Assembly: GCA_965237905.1 (NCBI GenBank)
Contig: OZ250172.1
Coordinates: 430,627 to 462,626, forward strand
DNA: 32,000 nucleotides
Source: Nitrospinaceae bacterium
GTDB lineage: Bacteria; Nitrospinota; Nitrospinia; Nitrospinales; Nitrospinaceae
Reading direction: 5' to 3'
Shown here: piece after piece, positions 8,781-17,300 of the stretch
How positions within the stretch are numbered: the first letter of the stretch is position 1
Layout of the letters: the number at the start of each line of letters is the position of its first letter
Notes under the pieces: generated by a model
The model's database searches: none
What the model saw: the letters and a program-made list of their open reading frames with translations, nothing else
What the model was told of the DNA's origin: nothing
Program-made: the position numbers and the translations under genes

Positions 8781-9449
8781 TCATGAAGGGCTTTTTATGA
8801 GGCGGTCGGGGTTCCAATCCACATTGAGGCGGTTGCGGCCGGTTTTACTGCGGTTGCTGTATTCGACATAACCGTTGTCGGCGCCGAACAAAAATAAGTC
8901 TCGGGTGATCTTCACGTCCATTTTGCAGTACTCGATGATTTTGTCGAGCTTCGCCTTGTCCCCCGCCAGAAATTCCTTGTACCACTTGAGCGATTCCAGC
9001 CCGTCGGCGGTTTTCTTTGCGCCGAGCGAACATTCGGCGAGGTTGTTGAGGCTGAGCCGGTGGTTCAGTTTCTTGTGCACGTCGCTCAGCATGTCGAAGG
9101 TCGGGATTTCCAGCAGGTCGATGTGTTTCTCGTTGGCGTAGGGTTGCAAAACGGTGTAGTCGAATCCGATGACGTTGAAACCCACCACCAGATCAGCGGT
9201 TTTCAGTTTGTCGACCAGCTTCAGCGCGTCGGCCTCCAGGTAGCTGAAGTAGTCCTCGTCCACGCTGTCCCACACCACCCCGACGGCGAGCCCCATCTTG
9301 TGGATATTGCCCCAGCCGCCGACGTCATCGGCGCTTTTCTGGGTTTCCAGATCAAAATACTGGATTCGGGGACCCGATGTCTCCGGTTGGGGTGGCTCGG
9401 AAGCCACTTCCGGAGGGGGATCTGCGAATAAATCGAACTGTTCGGCCAT
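8781..9449 (-). CDS. RNase H-fold DEDD-type 3'-5' exonuclease-like protein
   Basis: 222 aa. Acidic motifs in the expected order: IQYFDLET (Exo I), LVVGFNVIGFDYTVL (Exo II), IIEYCKMDVKITRDLF (Exo III). Resembles stand-alone PolB-exonuclease-like/RNase_H_2 proteins. Confidence 0.6.
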   Translation of the reverse strand: MAEQFDLFADPPPEVASEPPQPETSGPRIQYFDLETQKSADDVGGWGNIHKMGLAVGVVWDSVDEDYFSYLEADALKLVDKLKTADLVVGFNVIGFDYTVLQPYANEKHIDLLEIPTFDMLSDVHKKLNHRLSLNNLAECSLGAKKTADGLESLKWYKEFLAGDKAKLDKIIEYCKMDVKITRDLFLFGADNGYVEYSNRSKTGRNRLNVDWNPDRLIKSPS

Positions 9450-9548
9450 GACGGTTTATATCATTTTAGAGGCTCAAAATTCAAGCAATTAGGCCCGAAT
9501 CCGGCCAGATTTACCGCCTCCAAACAGCAGGTAAATCCTTTATTTCTC

Positions 9549-9576
9549 TAAAGTTCAGTGAATCCGGGGCCGTTAA
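9549..9576 (+). promoter_or_regulatory. Candidate sigma-28 (FliA) promoter for fliD-fliS
   Basis: TAAAGTTC (9549-9556), 12 nt, GCCGTTAA (9569-9576), versus the enterobacterial consensus TAAAGTTT-N11-GCCGATAA. It lies about 60 nt upstream of the fliD ATG. Confidence 0.45.
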
Positions 9577-9638
9577 ATACCTTAGACTGAATAAAGGTGA
9601 GCCTATCACCGATTTTAGAATTTGAAAAGGATTTTACC

Positions 9639-11276
9639 ATGGCCTTTACCTCCATTTTCGGCATCCAATCCGGCTTCGATTCCGCCAGCCTGTTGGAAAA
9701 ACTGATCGCCCTGCAGGCGCGCCCGATGGACCTCAAACTGGCGCAGGTGCAGGCCAAGGAAACCGAGCTGGAAGCGTTTCAGGATCTACGTACCCAGCTC
9801 CAGACGTTTCAATCGGTGCTCAATGGTATTGGCACGGCCGACCGGTTCAATGTCACCACGGCGGATTTCACGGTGACCGCCGGCACGGGAAACGTACTCA
9901 ACGTCGCCACCACCAGTTCCGCCAGCCCCGGCACGTTTGATATTACGGTAAACGCGCTGGCGCAGGAAACCACCCTGTTGTCGGACACCGGTTACAACGA
10001 CCCCACCGATATCGTGCCGACTGGTATGGGAGGCCCCGGTGCGACCCGTTTTGTCGAAGTGATTGTAGGCGGAGCCATCACCCAGGTCGCTATCAGTAAC
10101 ACGGCTACCGTTCAGGACGTGGTAGACGCTGTCAACGCTTCCGGCGCCGATGTCACGGCTTCCATCATTGATGATGGCGGCGCCGTCGATCCACTCAAAA
10201 TTCAAATTCAAGGCAACCAGCCCGGCACTGCTAATGCAGTGACCGCCCGCGTATTTCGAGTAACGGGGGGCGGCGCGGAACAGGATGAACTCACTTTTAC
10301 CGCGGTGCAAGCGGCAACGGATAATTCCATTACCGTCGACGGCGTGACCTTCATCCGGAGCAGTAACACCATCAGTGATATTATTCCGGGAGTGACGCTC
10401 AATCTGGAATCGCTGGGTTCCGGCACCCTGACCATTTCCACCGACAACACAGCCATCGCCGGAAACATTCAAGATTTCGTGGATGCCTTCAACGAATTGG
10501 TCGCATTTATCGACGAACAGACGGCGTTCAATGCGGAAACATTCGAAACCGGAATTCTATTCGGCAATTCCTCCGTGCAGAGTCTTGAGACGAACCTTAG
10601 AAGGATCGCCACCGGACAAACAACCGGCACCAGCGGCACTTTTGAGTTTTTGTCCCAGATCGGCATCACCACGCAGGACGACGGCACGCTGGCCTTGGAC
10701 GAAGTAAAGCTGGACGCGGCGCTGACAACCGACCTCAACAGTGTGGTGTCTCTGTTCACCTCTTCGGGCAGTGCCACCGACGCCAACGTGACGTTTGTCG
10801 GCTTTACCGACAATACGGTCGCGGGCACTTACGATGTGCGGGTGACGGGCGGTGTTCCCGAGTTACGTCCGGCGGGAGTCGGCGCTTTTATCCCCGCAAT
10901 CAACAACGGTTCTTTTTTCACCGGCGCACCGGGAACAGACGCGGAAGGATTGAGTTTCAGCCTGGCCTCGCTGGTCGACGGCAGTTACGGGACGATCACC
11001 CTTTCTTTGGGAGTGATCCCGCGGTTGAATCAGGAAATTTCGGTTCTGCTCGATTCGTCCCAACAGGGACCGTTGTCTGCCGAACTGGATTCATTGACCA
11101 AAAGCATCGACGACTTGAACGAAACCCTGCTCCGGATGGATGAGCGTCTGGAGTTGTTTGAGAAAAAAATTCGGCAGGAATTTATCAATCTGGAAATTAT
11201 TCTGGGCAAACTCGACGCCCAGAGAAATGCGTTCCAGCAGGCGTTACAAGGTCTGGGCAGTTTTTCCAATCAATAA
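9639..11276 (+). CDS. fliD: Flagellar filament cap protein FliD (hook-associated protein 2)
   Basis: MAFTSIFGIQSGFDSASLLEKLIALQARPMDLKLAQVQAKETELEAFQDLRTQLQTF is a typical FliD N-terminus; the C-terminal coiled coil is LTKSIDDLNETLLRMDERLELFEKKIRQEFINLE. ATG 9639 (AAGGA about 8 nt upstream) is preferred over the GTG at 9597 in the track. Confidence 0.92.
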   Translation: MAFTSIFGIQSGFDSASLLEKLIALQARPMDLKLAQVQAKETELEAFQDLRTQLQTFQSVLNGIGTADRFNVTTADFTVTAGTGNVLNVATTSSASPGTFDITVNALAQETTLLSDTGYNDPTDIVPTGMGGPGATRFVEVIVGGAITQVAISNTATVQDVVDAVNASGADVTASIIDDGGAVDPLKIQIQGNQPGTANAVTARVFRVTGGGAEQDELTFTAVQAATDNSITVDGVTFIRSSNTISDIIPGVTLNLESLGSGTLTISTDNTAIAGNIQDFVDAFNELVAFIDEQTAFNAETFETGILFGNSSVQSLETNLRRIATGQTTGTSGTFEFLSQIGITTQDDGTLALDEVKLDAALTTDLNSVVSLFTSSGSATDANVTFVGFTDNTVAGTYDVRVTGGVPELRPAGVGAFIPAINNGSFFTGAPGTDAEGLSFSLASLVDGSYGTITLSLGVIPRLNQEISVLLDSSQQGPLSAELDSLTKSIDDLNETLLRMDERLELFEKKIRQEFINLEIILGKLDAQRNAFQQALQGLGSFSNQ

Positions 11277-11317
11277 GCCTGAACCGAATTTCACGCAGAA
11301 TCTGACGGAATCAAATT

Positions 11318-11755
11318 ATGGCACCCCAAACCGGATTACACAGTTACCAGGTCAACGACATTTCCACCTCCAGCCAGGGCCAATTGATTTTAATGTTGTA
11401 CGATGGGGCTCTGCAGGCGGCGGATCAGGCCATACGATGCATGGGACAGAAAGACGTCGCCGGGCAAAGCCGGCATATTCTGAAAGCTCAGGATATCATC
11501 AACGAACTGTCGCTGGCACTGGACATGAAACAGGGCGGCGAGGTTGCCAAAACACTGGAGCAGTTGTATCAGTTTGTTCTGAACCAATTGATCCAGGCCA
11601 ATATCACCTCGGACAAAATGTATCTGGAATCGGTCATCAAAGTCCTATCTCCCCTGCGCGATGCCTGGAGCCGAATTACTAAAGCCTCCGACGAGGAGGA
11701 GCCTGAGCTCCCGGAACCCGCAGACCCCGCAACGCGCTTCGCCGCAAAATGCTGA
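11318..11755 (+). CDS. fliS: Flagellar export chaperone FliS
   Basis: YQVNDISTSSQGQLILMLYDGALQAADQA...AQDIINELSLALDMKQGGEVAKTLEQLYQFVLNQLIQANI...VIKVLSPLRDAW is the four-helix FliS signature; it sits directly after fliD. Confidence 0.92.
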   Translation: MAPQTGLHSYQVNDISTSSQGQLILMLYDGALQAADQAIRCMGQKDVAGQSRHILKAQDIINELSLALDMKQGGEVAKTLEQLYQFVLNQLIQANITSDKMYLESVIKVLSPLRDAWSRITKASDEEEPELPEPADPATRFAAKC

Positions 11756-11836
11756 CTCCCTGGCGGGAGAGGCAACTGGCTGACCTTTAACGGCAAACGA
11801 TAATCCCCATGCGCAATTTATGGATTTAAATTTGTT

Positions 11837-11863
11837 CCGGGCCTTGCCCGGCAGCTTTTCTTT
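11837..11863 (+). terminator. Candidate intrinsic terminator after fliS
   Basis: CCGGGC (11837-42), loop CTT, GCCCGG (11846-51), followed by CAGCTTTTCTTT. The stem is short. Confidence 0.4.
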
Positions 11864-11890
11864 GACATTGAAAAGTACATGTGATAAAAA
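11862..11890 (+). promoter_or_regulatory. Candidate sigma-70 promoter for sucCD
   Basis: Perfect -35 TTGACA (11862-67), 17-nt spacer, extended -10 TGaTAAAAA (TG 11882-83, hexamer 11885-90); 55 nt upstream of the sucC ATG. Confidence 0.45.
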
Positions 11891-11944
11891 TCTGCCTCCC
11901 ATCCGAATTATTCACCAAACTTTTGGTTCAAAACAGACGAGCAT

Positions 11945-13105
11945 ATGAAAATCCACGAATACCAAGGCAAGGAACTGTTTCGTAAATACAACGTTCCTGT
12001 ACCCAATGGAAAACTGATTCACGACAAATCTGAAGCGGTGCAGGTCGCCGGGGAAATCGGCACACCGGTGGTGGTGGTCAAAGCCCAGATTCATGCCGGC
12101 GGACGCGGCAAGGGCGGCGGCGTGAAACTTGCCAAGAGTCCGCAGGAAGCGGAACAATACGCCGGTGATATTCTGGGAATGACTCTGGTCACTCACCAGA
12201 CCGGGCCGGAAGGCCGCCTGGTCAAAAAGGTTCTGATCGAAGAAGGCATGGAGATCGTCAAGGAGCTGTACATCAGTCTCCTCATCGACCGGGAAACCAG
12301 CCGGGTGATGATCATGGCCAGCGAGGCGGGCGGCATGGAAATCGAGGAAGTCGCCGCCGAGGAGCCGGAAAAGATTATTACCGAAATCGTGGATCCGATT
12401 GTCGGCGTCAAACCTTACCTCGCGCGCAAAATCGCATTCGCATTGAACCTCAAAGGCGAGCCGCTCAAAAAAGCCATCCCGTTCATCATGAATTTGTATG
12501 AGTGCTTTGTGAAAGAGGATTTGTCGATGCTGGAGATCAATCCTCTGGTGATCACCGGGGACGACCGCATTCTGGCGCTCGACGCCAAAATCGATATCGA
12601 CGACAACGCCCTGGGACGCCATAAGGACACACTGGAATTCCGCGACTTGGATGAAGAAGATCCCAACGAAATCGAAGCCGGGAAATATCACCTCAATTAC
12701 ATTCAATTGGACGGCAACATCGGTTGTATGGTCAACGGCGCGGGCCTGGCGATGGCAACGATGGACATCATCAAACATTCGGGCGGAGAACCGGCCAACT
12801 TTTTGGATGTCGGCGGCGGTGCCAACGAAGAACAGATCGAAAACGCTTTCCGCATTCTGGTTTCCGACGACAAAGTTAAAGCGATCTTCATCAACATCTT
12901 CGGCGGTATTCTCAGGTGCGATATCCTCGCGGCAGGAGTGGTGGCGGCGGCGAAGAAAATTGGCCTTAAAATTCCAGTGGTGGTTCGGATGGAAGGAACC
13001 AATATGGAGGAAGGACACAAAATCCTCAAAGACTCCGGACTCAACTTTATAATTGGCAACGGCATGAAAGATGGCGCCAGGAAAGCGGTGCAGGCAATCC
13101 AATGA
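11945..13105 (+). CDS. sucC: Succinyl-CoA synthetase (ADP-forming) beta subunit
   Basis: [39 protein letters not shown] and [18 protein letters not shown]...[14 protein letters not shown] are canonical SucC motifs; 386 aa. Confidence 0.97.
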   Translation: MKIHEYQGKELFRKYNVPVPNGKLIHDKSEAVQVAGEIGTPVVVVKAQIHAGGRGKGGGVKLAKSPQEAEQYAGDILGMTLVTHQTGPEGRLVKKVLIEEGMEIVKELYISLLIDRETSRVMIMASEAGGMEIEEVAAEEPEKIITEIVDPIVGVKPYLARKIAFALNLKGEPLKKAIPFIMNLYECFVKEDLSMLEINPLVITGDDRILALDAKIDIDDNALGRHKDTLEFRDLDEEDPNEIEAGKYHLNYIQLDGNIGCMVNGAGLAMATMDIIKHSGGEPANFLDVGGGANEEQIENAFRILVSDDKVKAIFINIFGGILRCDILAAGVVAAAKKIGLKIPVVVRMEGTNMEEGHKILKDSGLNFIIGNGMKDGARKAVQAIQ

Positions 13106-13971
13106 GCATACTGGTTGACGAAAAAACGAGACTGTTGGTTCAGGGAATTACCGGCCGGGAAGGCCAGTTTCATGCCGAGCAGTGCCGGAAATACGGCACC
13201 CAAGTGGTGGCGGGCGTTACTCCCGGCAAGGGCGGCCAAACGGTGATGGATGATATTCCGGTTTTCAATACCGTCAAACAAGCGGTGGCCAAAACCAAAG
13301 CCAACGCGACGATGATTTTCGTGCCGCCGGCGTTTGCGGCAGATGCGATTCTGGAAGCGGCGGATGCGGGCGTGGAGTTGATCATCTGCATCAGCGAAGG
13401 GATTCCCGTGTACGACATGGTGGAAGTGTACCGCTACCTGCAGGATTCCGATTCGCGATTGATCGGCCCCAACTGCCCCGGTATCATTTCACCGGGCAAA
13501 TGCAAAATCGGCATCATGCCCGCGCACATTCATAAAAAGGGCAACGTCGGCATTATCTCGCGAAGCGGTACGCTGACCTATGAAGCGGTGGGACAGTTGA
13601 CTGCGTTGGGTATCGGCCAGTCCACCTGTGTCGGCATCGGCGGCGACCCCATCATCGGCACCCGTTACATCGACACGCTGAAACTGTTCCAGAAAGACCG
13701 GGCCACCAAAGCCATCTGTCTGATCGGAGAAATCGGCGGAACGGCGGAAGACGAAGCAGCCTACTTCATCAAGAAGCACATCACCAAACCGGTGGTAGGA
13801 TTCATCGCGGGCCAGACCGCCCCCCCGGGACGGCGCATGGGCCATGCCGGCGCCATCATCTCCGGTGGACAGGGCACGGCAGAAGGCAAGATGAAGGTGA
13901 TGAAAAAGTGCGGCATCAAGGTAGTCAAAAGCCCGGCCGACCTCGGCAAAACCATCGCCCGCTGTCTCTAA
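13102..13971 (+). CDS. sucD: Succinyl-CoA synthetase alpha subunit
   Basis: ATGA overlap with suc[42 protein letters not shown] and [12 protein letters not shown] (phosphohistidine loop). Confidence 0.97.
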   Translation: MSILVDEKTRLLVQGITGREGQFHAEQCRKYGTQVVAGVTPGKGGQTVMDDIPVFNTVKQAVAKTKANATMIFVPPAFAADAILEAADAGVELIICISEGIPVYDMVEVYRYLQDSDSRLIGPNCPGIISPGKCKIGIMPAHIHKKGNVGIISRSGTLTYEAVGQLTALGIGQSTCVGIGGDPIIGTRYIDTLKLFQKDRATKAICLIGEIGGTAEDEAAYFIKKHITKPVVGFIAGQTAPPGRRMGHAGAIISGGQGTAEGKMKVMKKCGIKVVKSPADLGKTIARCL

Positions 13972-14049
13972 CGCAAACCGGCCCTAGCACAGACAGACTT
14001 TCCTCTCCAGAAATAAAAATCCGCATCGGGATTCCTGCATCTCAAAACT

Positions 14050-14250
14050 ATGAGCGGGAATCTTGTCTGTAAAAATTGCGGGACGGAGAACGTGGCGCAG
14101 GCCGCGTGGTGTGAGAAGTGTCTCACTCCGTTTCAAACCTACCGGGAGGAGAAAACCCTGCAGTGCCCCCACTGCTTTCATCCCAACGATTATAATCTCG
14201 ACCACTGCGAAGCATGCCACGAACCGCTCAAGCCCGGTCAGTCGGAATGA
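14050..14250 (+). CDS. Small double zinc-ribbon protein
   Basis: 66 aa with four CxxC pairs: CKNC, CEKC, CPHC, CEAC. No obvious SD. Confidence 0.55.
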   Translation: MSGNLVCKNCGTENVAQAAWCEKCLTPFQTYREEKTLQCPHCFHPNDYNLDHCEACHEPLKPGQSE

Positions 14251-14691
14251 TTATTCGCTAGCGGCATCGGGATTAACCGACAGATGAGAGAGTTTGGATT
14301 CATAATCCAGATTACTGAACGAATCCCCCTTGCGGAAGTTGCCATAGTACAATCCCGCATAGACCCCGATGATAGTGTGCAGGGCATCATGTGAATTCAA
14401 TCCCTCTTTCATCAGACGCTTATACGTCTCGGCGACGAACTCCGGAGATTCGTCCTGAATCTGCTTGTCCACCATCACGTGCCAGACCGTGTGCACGAAC
14501 GGGTTGATGATCTTGCCATCTATTTCCTGCGGATAGACGGCCATGTCGCCCATTTCCCAGGCGGCATCGAATTCGGGATGCATATCCATCACATCCGCGA
14601 TTCTCTCGTCGACTTCGGCAATATCGTCTCCGCCAATCCGTTCGCCAGCAACTCTGAGAATACGGGTTTGGGTTTCCTTGTCAAACTGCAT
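14251..14691 (-). CDS. Hypothetical protein, DUF1841-like (from memory)
   Basis: 146 aa, GGAGAA SD upstream. HPEFDAAWE...NPFVHTVWHVMVDKQIQDESP...YKRLMKEGLNSHDALHTI parallels the HPEY...NPFLH..LH..I.EQ...Y.RL...H.A.H layout I recall for DUF1841. Confidence 0.45.
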   Translation of the reverse strand: MQFDKETQTRILRVAGERIGGDDIAEVDERIADVMDMHPEFDAAWEMGDMAVYPQEIDGKIINPFVHTVWHVMVDKQIQDESPEFVAETYKRLMKEGLNSHDALHTIIGVYAGLYYGNFRKGDSFSNLDYESKLSHLSVNPDAASE

Positions 14692-14790
14692 AATACCTGT
14701 TCTCCAAAATAATTATTAAATCCACGAGAGGCCCGGTTGAGTGGGTATCGGATATCAGCATGCACTGGTAATGTTTAGATGTAAAAAAGC

Positions 14791-15222
14791 TCAAGGGGTC
14801 TCAGAAAAATGAGTCCTGCGATCGCTCCCACTCTTCCCATAGACCATAAATACCCGTTTGCCTTGACGAATGTGATACTTGGCCCATGCCGGGGATTTGC
14901 CATCATAGCTGGCTTCGGGGTCCTCCCCTTCCGCCTTTAAAAAATCCGGGTAGTCCAGCCCTGCCTCATAGACCTCCAGCAGGAGGGAGTCCGAGGTAAA
15001 CCCTTTTCCGGTAAAACTGATTTTACTGAGAAACTGTTCTATTTCGGCAGGATCGTTCAACTCAATCGATTTCATATCACTCCCGTTACCGGTTTTCAAA
15101 AATTCGATGAAAGGTTTTGCTTCCCATCGGATCGTTTGATAAGCTGATCCTTTGAACAGAAGCCTTATTGAATTTATACCAAACAACCCGACGAATACAA
15201 CGGTTTTCGGGTGATCTATCAT
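14791..15222 (-). CDS. Hypothetical protein (no recognisable family); start uncertain
   Basis: 143-aa ORF. ATG 15222 has no SD. The internal ATG at 15075 is preceded by GGGAG and would give a 94-aa product plus a normal divergent intergenic region. Confidence 0.4.
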   Translation of the reverse strand: MIDHPKTVVFVGLFGINSIRLLFKGSAYQTIRWEAKPFIEFLKTGNGSDMKSIELNDPAEIEQFLSKISFTGKGFTSDSLLLEVYEAGLDYPDFLKAEGEDPEASYDGKSPAWAKYHIRQGKRVFMVYGKSGSDRRTHFSETP

Positions 15223-15237
15223 AAACAGGAGCGAGTG

Positions 15238-15555
15238 ATGTTAAAACAGGAAAATCAAGTACTCAGTCGCATCGAGCCCAACGGACAGGGGGGCACGCAG
15301 TTTCTGTACCGGGTCAATGATTATGGTGTCGCGGCAGTCACCAGCCCACAGGAAGATGTCGCCCACATTCACTGGCAGGTGGACGTCATCAAATATCAGA
15401 ACAAAGATACCCTGCAATACGACCTGTGTCACACCACGGAACTGGCGAGCAAAAGCCTCACGTTCCGAAACGACAAATCAGTGAACGAATTCCTGGACAA
15501 AGCATTTGTTTACTTTACGGAACTGCAGAATCTGGAAAATATGCTTGAAAAATGA
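15238..15555 (+). CDS. Hypothetical protein (no recognisable family)
   Basis: AGGAG 6 nt upstream of ATG 15238 (the track starts at GTG 15211). 105 aa with no motifs I recognise. Confidence 0.45.
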   Translation: MLKQENQVLSRIEPNGQGGTQFLYRVNDYGVAAVTSPQEDVAHIHWQVDVIKYQNKDTLQYDLCHTTELASKSLTFRNDKSVNEFLDKAFVYFTELQNLENMLEK

Positions 15556-15785
15556 CTCGTGGCTCCATCACGGGAAAAGCCAACCTCCAACCTCCAGGTT
15601 ATTTGCAGAAAAGCCACTGCCAGAGTCCCAGCCCAAGCCCTGCCCCGTCCATTAAATTTTATATAACTAGTTGATTTTAAATATATTATTGAATTAGCAG
15701 GGCGCCAGAGGGCCGGTCATTTCCGGTCGGACCACTTTTGGGGGAAATGGAATGGTGCTTTTGATAAAAAATATGCTTATTAAAA

Positions 15786-15814
15786 TTGAATTGTCCTTGT
15801 AATCATGATAATTT
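15786..15814 (+). promoter_or_regulatory. Candidate sigma-70 promoter for the OFOR operon
   Basis: TTGAAT (15786-91), 17-nt spacer, extended -10 TGaTAATTT (hexamer 15809-14), inside a 386-nt AT-rich intergenic region; would give a leader of about 120 nt. Confidence 0.35.
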
Positions 15815-15941
15815 GTTGCACTTATTTAGACAGGTGGGTACTGCCAAGTTCCTGTTTTATCCACAGTTTCCTTAGACTTTCGAATTGATCATCTCATTTA
15901 TATATAAACCACACCAATAGTTTGAATAAAGGGGAGTAGTT

Positions 15942-17132
15942 ATGTCAGAGAGCACCCAAACCAAGGAAGAATGGGTACCCAAGGGGGATTTACAGGAAAT
16001 AAAGGACCCCGAATGGTTGTTTCACGAAGCACCTCGGAAAACCGAGTTCATTACCGGTAGTGAAGCCGCTCGCGAAGCCATCCGCCGCGCCAATGTAGAT
16101 ATCGCCATTTCCTATCCCATCACCCCGCAGAGTGAAACCATGCAACAGGCGGGTTACCTGTTTGACGAGGGTTATATCAAGGAGTATTACCGAGCTGAGG
16201 AAGAAATCGGGGTTATGTCCGCCCTCGGGGGAGCATCCCGCGCCGGTATACGATCTTTGACAGCCACCTCAGGCCCAGGTTTGATGCGGGGCATGGAAGC
16301 GATTTCTTCATGGCCCGGAGCGCGCACTCCGCTGGTAATGATGAACATGTGCCGCGTCATCAACACCCCTCTCGCGATTCAACCCGACAATATTGAAATT
16401 TCATTCCTGCTGAACACCGGCATATTGCACGCCCATGCCGAAAACCAGCAGGACTTTTTTGATTATTCCCTGGCCGCGTTCATGGTCTCGGAACAAGTGG
16501 ACGTCACCTTGCCTGCCGTGGTTTCAGTGGACGGTTTCTTCGTCACCCACGCCCGCGGTCAGGTGTCCATGTTCTCCGAAGAATACAAACTGCCGCCGCG
16601 TGACGGCTGGCGTGCTGCGATACCGGCCATGGACAACGAAAATCCACCGGCCCGTCTTTCCCGTGACGCTCCTATTCAGAAAAGTAACTTTATCAGTTAC
16701 CACATGCATGCCAGTTGGCAACAGGAAGTCTTTGCGGCGGTCGAACGTTCCGCCAAATACTGGAGAAGATATATCGGCGATCTGATCGAAGTGGTCAATC
16801 CCGATGCCGAGGAATTTGTCGTTTCCTCAGGCGCCTGTGTGTCCCAGGCACGCGAAGCGGTTCGCCAGGAAGGTGAAAAAGGACGGGAAGTCGGATTGGT
16901 TAAAATCAAAACCATCCGACCTTGGCCGAAACTGGAACTCCTTGCGGCGTTGAAAAATGCCAAACGGATTTTCGTTCCAGAATTCAACCAGGCCGGTTGG
17001 TTGCACAAAGAATTGTGCTCCACTCTGTACGGCCAAATCAAGGCTGACATTGTCCCGGGACCGCGCGTTTACGGCGGCATGACCATGCCGACGGAAATGG
17101 TTCTGGAATGGCTGGCGAAGTACCGCAAGTAA
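15942..17132 (+). CDS. 2-oxoacid:ferredoxin oxidoreductase alpha subunit (probably 2-oxoglutarate-type; substrate not determinable from sequence)
   Basis: AAGGGGAG SD. ITGSEAAREAIRRANVDIAISYPITPQSE and SGPGLMRGMEAI match the OFOR alpha (domain I) signature; 396 aa. Confidence 0.9.
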   Translation: MSESTQTKEEWVPKGDLQEIKDPEWLFHEAPRKTEFITGSEAAREAIRRANVDIAISYPITPQSETMQQAGYLFDEGYIKEYYRAEEEIGVMSALGGASRAGIRSLTATSGPGLMRGMEAISSWPGARTPLVMMNMCRVINTPLAIQPDNIEISFLLNTGILHAHAENQQDFFDYSLAAFMVSEQVDVTLPAVVSVDGFFVTHARGQVSMFSEEYKLPPRDGWRAAIPAMDNENPPARLSRDAPIQKSNFISYHMHASWQQEVFAAVERSAKYWRRYIGDLIEVVNPDAEEFVVSSGACVSQAREAVRQEGEKGREVGLVKIKTIRPWPKLELLAALKNAKRIFVPEFNQAGWLHKELCSTLYGQIKADIVPGPRVYGGMTMPTEMVLEWLAKYRK

Positions 17133-17212
17133 TCTCATCGGCGGTTGAATCGAAACGGCCTTTTGGTTATACTGAAAGTCTGTTTTTGCGGATGACTCAC
17201 AACGCATTTCAG

Positions 17213-17235
17213 GGAAAACCTGAGTTTTCCTTTTG
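17213..17235 (+). promoter_or_regulatory. Hairpin plus T-tract inside the alpha-beta intergenic gap (attenuator or processing-site candidate)
   Basis: GGAAAAC (17213-19), loop CTGA, GTTTTCC (17224-30), then TTTTG. The stem is A/U-rich and therefore weak. Confidence 0.3.
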
Positions 17236-17300
17236 AAAAATACTTTTATTTCTACATAATCGAAGCTAACGGAATTTCATATATAGAAAGGTATCAAACT

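Noticed and set aside
11912-13102. 396-aa minus-strand ORF spanning the whole of sucC
   Set aside because: The plus-strand product is an unmistakable SucC. The antisense translation is low-complexity and His/Arg/Phe-rich with no motifs. Stop-free antisense frames are expected with this codon bias.
13972-14049. Terminator after sucD (AATCC-gcatcg-GGATT)
   Set aside because: The stem is only 5 bp and there is no following T-run. sucD probably reads through into the zinc-ribbon gene.
15753-15767. Sigma-54 promoter upstream of the OFOR operon (TGGTGC-TTTTG-ATAA)
   Set aside because: There is a GG at -24 but no GC dinucleotide at the -12 position, so it does not fit TGGCAC-N5-TTGCW.
17133-17300. 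Hidden fifth (epsilon-like) OFOR subunit in the alpha-beta gap
   Set aside because: The only ORFs are a 14-codon ATG ORF and a 16-codon TTG ORF, and neither has an SD.
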